Source: the human T2T-CHM13v2.0 reference genome, Homo sapiens. Taken from it: a stretch of DNA of 64,000 bases. The stretch lies in NCBI RefSeq assembly GCF_009914755.1, contig NC_060935.1; one strand, 5' to 3'. The first letter of the stretch is position 1; every line of letters starts with the position of its first letter. The notes under the pieces are model-generated. The model was not told where the DNA came from, did not search any database, and worked only from the letters and a program-made list of their open reading frames with translations. Shown here in pieces: positions 55,899 to 64,000 of this stretch. The position numbers and the translations under genes are program-made.

Positions 55899-56036
55899 AA
55901 TTTGAACCTCCCGCTCCCTTTGTCACTCGCTTTTTGAACACAAGAGCAATGAAGGAAACCTTTAAGAGCTACATGGAATTGCTTGTTAGCATTGCCTTGG
56001 ACCCTGACACAATGCAAGCCTTAGAGAAGAGCAATG
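55899..56036 (+). CDS. QSER1: QSER1 coding exon (138 nt, phase 1->1): [47 protein letters not shown], probable start of DUF4211 region
   Basis: ctttctccctcccag| acceptor, G|gtacag donor; helical, ordered-looking peptide. Domain name from knowledge of the QSER1/PRR12 family. Confidence 0.92.
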
Positions 56037-56520
56037 GTACAGTCTTCTAAGTAGTACTTCCTTGGTAGTACTTCCTGGAATTAAAAAAAGAAATCTTGTC
56101 TGTTAGTTATATGTTTATATGTGACTTGTGTAATATATACCTATAAATTGTCAGTTAAATATATAGCATCTTAATTCCATAAAATGGTCATATCTTTTCA
56201 TGCATTCTCTGAATATTTGAACTTTTATTGCTTTCTACTCATGGGAAAATTGTATAGCTTCTAACCAGTTTCTTCCAATTCTAGAATCTAATCATCCTCA
56301 TAAATAGTTTACTAAGTGTTAGTATTACATGAAAGGTCTGTATGTCAGTATATTTTATTTTCCAATAATTGGAAAGATGAACCAGATAAAAGTGGCATAA
56401 AGATTAAAATCATATACTTGTATCTTTTGTAAAAGATACATCATAGCAATTATTTTCTAATCAGTTAAAATTAGTATTAAACCAGTAAATGCACTGGGTT
56501 ATACCAATTAATATTATTCC

Positions 56521-57110
56521 TTTTAGTTATTTGAGAAATCTCCATACTGTTTTCCATAGCAGTTGCACTAATTTACATTCTCACCAGCAGTCCCAGTACT
56601 GAGTATCTACATAAAGGAAAATAAATAATACCCAAGAGACACCTGCACATGTGTTTATTGCAGCACAGTTCACAACTGTAAAGATATGGAAAGTGCCCAT
56701 CAGCCGATGAGTGAATAAAGAAAATATAGTGAATACTATTCAGCCATAAAAAAGAGCAAAATAATGTCTTTTGCAGCAACTTGGGTGGAACTGGAGGTCA
56801 TTATTCTAACTGAAGTAACTCAGGAATGGAGAACCAAATATCACATGTTCTCACTTATAAGTGGGAGCTAAGCTATAGGTACACAAAGGCAGCGTGGTAT
56901 AATGGACATTGGAGACTCAGAAGGGGAGAGGGTGAGAAAGGGGTAAGGGATGAAAAACTACTTATGGGGTACAATGTACACTACTTGGGTGATGGATGCA
57001 CTAAAATCCCAGACTTCACCACTATACAGCTCATCCATGTAACCCAAACCACCTGTACCCCTAAAGCTATTGAAATTTTTAAAAAGTTTTTTTTAAAGAA
57101 GAAAATAAAA
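56521..57110 (+). mobile_element. L1PB/L1MA-like 3' end with 5' inversion (~56521-56590 inverted)
   Basis: Antisense ORF2 segment joined to a sense segment from just downstream; 3'UTR and A-rich tail. Confidence 0.8.
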
Positions 57111-57204
57111 GGTACAGTAAGAATATGGCATTATAGTCTTATGGAACCACCATTGTATATGTGGTCTGTCATTGTCAAAAATGTCATTATGCAGTGCATG
57201 ACTA
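57107..57204. mobile_element. Tigger3-family right-end fragment
   Basis: aaaaggtacagtaa...cattatgcagtgcatgact+TA, homologous to 6300-6379. Confidence 0.78.
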
Positions 57205-57234
57205 TATACTGTTTTATTATGTTCACATACTTAG

Positions 57235-57400
57235 ACATATATTCTAATTTAACCTTAAAACAACTTAGACAGCCATTTTGTGGATTAAGACAGGTTCAGA
57301 GAGGTTAAGTGACTTGCTTAAGGGCCCACAAACTTGAAACTGGCAGAGAAAGGATTAAAATTAAAGTCTTCTAATTTCTGGTCTAGTGCTTTTCTTACCA
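57235..57400. mobile_element. MIR remnant
   Basis: ggttcagagaggttaagtgacttgcttaagggcccaca core. Confidence 0.72.
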
Positions 57401-58644
57401 CCTAATCAGAGACAGTAACCTGTATATCAGTCATTTTCAAGTAATTAGGAGCTGGAAGGGACTTTAGATATTACCTAGTCTGAAACATTTATTTTGTAAA
57501 CTAAAGTTCAAAAGAGATTAAAGTTAAAGAACAGGTTAGAGGTTGAAGAACCATGATTAAAACTCAGCTAATCCCAGGTCAGCATTTTTGCTATTAAATG
57601 TTATATTCCTTGCATCATAAAATATGCTTCTCTTTGTAGTAGTCATTTCTGTATAGTTGTATTTTGAAAGATTTTTAAAAATTGCTTATCAGTGTTTTCT
57701 GATTTTTCTCTAAGGGGAGAAAATTTTTTAAGATTATTTTTAAATCACAAATGTTTAAAACTTACTTTTGTAGAATGTAAATACAGTATTAGAACAGATT
57801 GAATCACTAATAGAAAGACTATGTAAACAATCATTTTACTTAGCTGTGAAACTTGTGACCTGGATTCTGGGTTGTTGTTTTTTTTCAGAAGGTTATTAGA
57901 GGCAGTTAGTATTATAAAATATAATAAAGTACTATGCTGGTAAATTAAGAAAGAATCTAATAATCTAAAATGTTTAATGCTACACCAAAACTAATTATAT
58001 TCTAAAAGTACTTTTCTTAATGGAGCTTAAAGTTCAGAGTGGTGACACTGAAAGCCAAAAGCTTTGAATAGGAATCTTTGTCATAATTTTACTCTCCCCT
58101 CTTTTTCTAAAATAACTATTTTGATTCATATTTTTGGTACTGGGTTTTGATCATTTTTCTTCCCCTACTTTTTCTTTGCTTCAAGTTAAAGTGACTTAAT
58201 ATCCCTTGGTCATACTCAGTGTTTTGTTAGATCAGTTTGTATTTTGTAATTGTTCAGATTGTTCAGAGGGTAAATGAGGTCTGGAGGAATTAGGCAGCTT
58301 GCCTATTCGTCACATAGCTGCCACATATCAGTTCTATTCAGTTAAAATCCAGTTCTAGTTTATCCAGCAGTTGTAGTTCAGCTAAAACTTAGAACTTTGG
58401 ATCCTCATGTAGTGCTCATCCCATCATCATACTGAGCTGCCTCTTTCTCACTTGCTACTATAAACCTACTTTTCAAGTTAACCTTTGTTCAGAAAGCTTC
58501 ATGTCCAATTTTTTTGCAATCAGTATTTTACATATGCCAATGAATTTAGTGTATTTTAATATATAAATGTTTTGAGAAAAAGTTGGATTTTTTTCAAAAA
58601 TATTTATTGATAGTTTATCCTGTTAAATTATAATGTTGTTTCAG

Positions 58645-58742
58645 ATGAGCTACTTTTACCTCATATGAAAAAAATAGATGGCATGCTAAATGATAACCGA
58701 AAGAGACTTCTTTTGAATCTTCATTTGGATCAATCATTCAAG
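58645..58742 (+). CDS. QSER1: QSER1 coding exon (98 nt, phase 1->0): DELLLPHMKKIDGMLNDNRKRLLLNLHLDQSFK
   Basis: ttgtttcag| acceptor, AAG|gtattt donor; overlaps ORF 58665-58850. Confidence 0.92.
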
Positions 58743-59256
58743 GTATTTCCTTCTGATGACTTATTAGCAAAACTCAATGGCAGTCATAGTCTTAAGTATA
58801 ATAGGAAGGAAATTTATGAAAATTATTCACTTACAACATTTTTCACCTAATGAAAATTTGGCTTTTATTCATTGTAAGTCCATTTAGTTTGTCTTCTTAG
58901 TGTTAATCACTTGCTTTTCTCCACTTAAATTTATTTTTTAGGCATTTATAGTTATCTATTATATCTTCTATAAAATAATTTCCAAATGTTCTTTTAACGC
59001 TTTTCAAAATTTTTACATTTTGTCTGTAATTAAAATTAGCTTTTCCTTAGCACAGTTATCAAAATTCACCGTACTTGCCTCATTTATTCAATATCAGAGG
59101 AAACGCTGATTTTTATAAGGGTAGGAAATGTATATAATTCTATATGTTAATATATCTTGGCAATATAAGTTGGTTTTGGTGTTATCAGAAATATAGAAAA
59201 AGCTAATCTAAACTCAACTCAGATAATTTTTCATAGAAGCTAACTTGGTAGTTTAA

Positions 59257-60814
<1,558 letters not shown>

Positions 60815-61380
60815 TTAGCAATTTGCATTTCAAAGCAAAATTACATAATATTAAGAGTTAGACTGATCTGAAGTAAAATATTACAAATAGTAGAGAAAGA
60901 AAGATTTTTCTGTTCTTTAGAAATAATTAGTGTGCTTTCCTATGTTGATCTTGGTGATGTTAGGAGTCCTGAAGCTTTTTCAAGGTAATGATGTTCTGCC
61001 TTTTTCTGAAATCTGTGTACTTCAGATCATCTTAAGCATTTTGTGGTCATTGGAAAGATTTAAATTTTCTTCTTTCATCTCCACTGACTTAGTGTGTGTT
61101 GTTTCCAAATTTAGAATCTTTAGACTTTAAATTCTATTTGTTGCAAATAATAATTCTGGATCCAAAAATTGTCAAGGTGCATGTTTTAAATAGAAAACAC
61201 CAGAGTACATGATAAGTGCACAAATAATCTGAGAAAGGAACGAAGCTCGAACGTGATGGTAGCTCACTGTGGTAGAAAATGCCAAAAGTGTTATTGTTTC
61301 TATCAAATGAAATTTAGTGCCCTTCTACACTTATACTAAGAAAAATTTAGGTTGCCTGTTTTTAAAAAGGTACCGTTTTC

Positions 61381-61784
<404 letters not shown>

Positions 61785-61908
61785 TTATCGAATTTGGACT
61801 GCATTCTGAATCATAAATATAATAGGAGGACTTCAACATTTTTAGTGTCAAAATAATAAATGATGGTAGGAGCTCGATTTAATTTTTATAAAGTCATAAT
61901 CAAACTAG

Positions 61909-62374
<466 letters not shown>

Positions 62375-62837
62375 TAACCACTGTCAAAAAACCCATCATG
62401 CTCTGTTTTAGGATCTTATCTTACAAGTACTTGTCTTGCAGTCAAAATAAGCAAGAGAAGAGTGAAGCCAGAGAAGCACTACAGTGCCGCTTCTCCTCTG
62501 TCGTCATCTTCACCAGAGGCAGATGACTTCTTTATAGCAAGGCCCAGCCACATTTCACGGGGCAAGCAGTGGTTTAAGTGGTAGGGCTTTAGTGAAACAT
62601 GTATGTCTTCCTTTCTCCTGCCTTGAAGCCAGAGACATTACTAGAAAGAACTCTTGGCCCTGTTAAGGGTTCCCAGTGTGGTGTGCTGTTGCTTAAATAA
62701 GCAGGTCATAGAGTTGGCTCAGATTTAAGGGATTTAAGGGAAATAGATTACATATCCAATAGGAAGGGCTGCAAAGAGCTTATGACCATGTTTAAACCCC
62801 AACCTGTGTATGTATATGTATGCATATCCCATCAGTA

Positions 62838-62914
62838 CACACACACCTCTCTGCAAATAGGTGTTTGTGTGCACACACACCTCTCTGCAAATAGGTGTTT
62901 GTGTGCACACACAC
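62838..62914. repeat. Perfect 34-bp tandem repeat, ~2.3 copies
   Basis: cacacacacctctctgcaaataggtgtttgtgtg at 62838-62871 and 62872-62905, plus a partial copy. Confidence 0.95.
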
Positions 62915-62992
62915 TTCTAAATTTTAGATAGCTAGAAGTAGTTTAGGTTAGTTTTCTTCTGGTGTCAGTTATTTTGCTTCATTGTTTTCCAG

Positions 62993-63145
62993 AATGCTTT
63001 GGAAAGTTTTCCTGAACTAACAATAATTACTCGAGATTCTAAAGCAAAGAGTGGAGGAACTGCTATTTCTAAAATCAAAATGAATGGCAAAGCCTATAAT
63101 AAGAAAACTCTAAGGACTTCTAAAACAACCACCAAATCTGCACAA
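62993..63145 (+). CDS. QSER1: QSER1 coding exon (153 nt, phase 0->0): NALESFPELTIITRDSKAKSGGTAISKIKMNGKAYNKKTLRTSKTTTKSAQ
   Basis: ttgttttccag| acceptor, CAA|gtaagt donor; open and in phase. Confidence 0.92.
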
Positions 63146-63734
63146 GTAAGTGTAATTGATTATTAATGTAACTATACCTTTTCCAATTGTTAATACAATT
63201 CCTACTTAAAACATTGAAACAAGCAAATATTTTACTATGTTGTCATTAAGTGTGAAGGTTTTTCAGGTAGGAATAAGCGTCACTGGCCTGAGGAACAGGG
63301 ACGCATGGTGGTTTATTGTTTTTCTATAGCACAGTATCAGGCATATAATATGTGCTCACAAATTTCTTAAATTGACTAATATGGAAGAAATCATCTCGTG
63401 CTCATGTTTATATATTTGTAGGTAGTTTTTCATTTTTTAAATTGCATATATTATGTACAAAATGTTTTGAAATGTGTGTACATTGTGAAATGGCTAATTC
63501 AAACTCATTAACATATGCATTACTTGTAATATAGGTATATTTTTAATTGTATATGCATGCACATAGATAAGTAAGTGTGCAGAACACATTCCATAAAAAG
63601 ATGAAATGTTTATTTCATATCTGCAAAGTCATTAAAATTGGAATTTGTTCATCTTCAAACATAGTATAAATTGTTATAACCTTTTCAGAAAACAGTTTGG
63701 CAACATATCAACTTCACAGCAAAAATGTATTCAG

Positions 63735-64000
63735 GGCTAAGCACAATGGCTCAAGCCTATAATCCCAGCACTTTGGGAGGCTGAGGCAGGAGGATCACTT
63801 GAGTCCAGGTGTTCGAGACCAGTCTTGGCAACAAAGCAAGGCCCCATGTCTACCCTGGGGGGAGAAAAAAAAATTAGCCAGGCATGGTGCCATGCACCTG
63901 TAGTCCTAGCTACTTGAGAAGCTGAGTGGGAGGATCGCTTGAGTCCAGGGAATTGAGACTGCAGTGAGCTGTGATTGCACCCCTGCACTCCAGCCTGGGT
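63735..64000 (+). mobile_element. Alu (AluJ-like), cut by window end
   Basis: Alu sequence. Confidence 0.9.

Noticed and set aside
56826-57308. 160-aa + strand ORF
   Set aside because: Runs through L1 3'UTR, Tigger and MIR pieces; chance open frame.

Overview
Primate (almost certainly human) genomic DNA from inside the QSER1 gene (glutamine and serine rich 1; PRR12 paralogue; C-terminal DUF4211 region) on the + strand. I reconstructed ten consecutive coding exons by hand, all GT-AG with matching phases: 16749-16861, 17555-17716, 21336-25028 (3693 nt), 43447-43769, 44886-45002, 45578-45711, 47459-47676, 55899-56036, 58645-58742 and 62993-63145. The first and last exons lie outside the window. 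The introns are mostly interspersed repeats: about 40 Alus, old L1M pieces, a THE1D-like solo LTR, Tigger3, Charlie, MER5 and MER58 DNA-transposon fossils, and MIR/L2. A full-length (~6.0 kb) L1PA3/L1PA2-type LINE-1 lies antisense in the intron after the giant exon. Its ORF1, YY1 site and antisense poly(A) signal are intact. ORF2 is disabled three ways (EN D145E, a +1 frameshift near codon 487, RT D703Y), and ORF0 is truncated. I found no convincing new multi-gene system. The best leads are L1 gene-breaking or chimeric transcripts, an Alu-flanked AUG-containing exon circle, and several template-switch hairpins. Most short ORFs in the supplied track are Alu/L1 artefacts. Repeat boundaries and subfamily calls were made by eye from remembered consensus sequences and are approximate.
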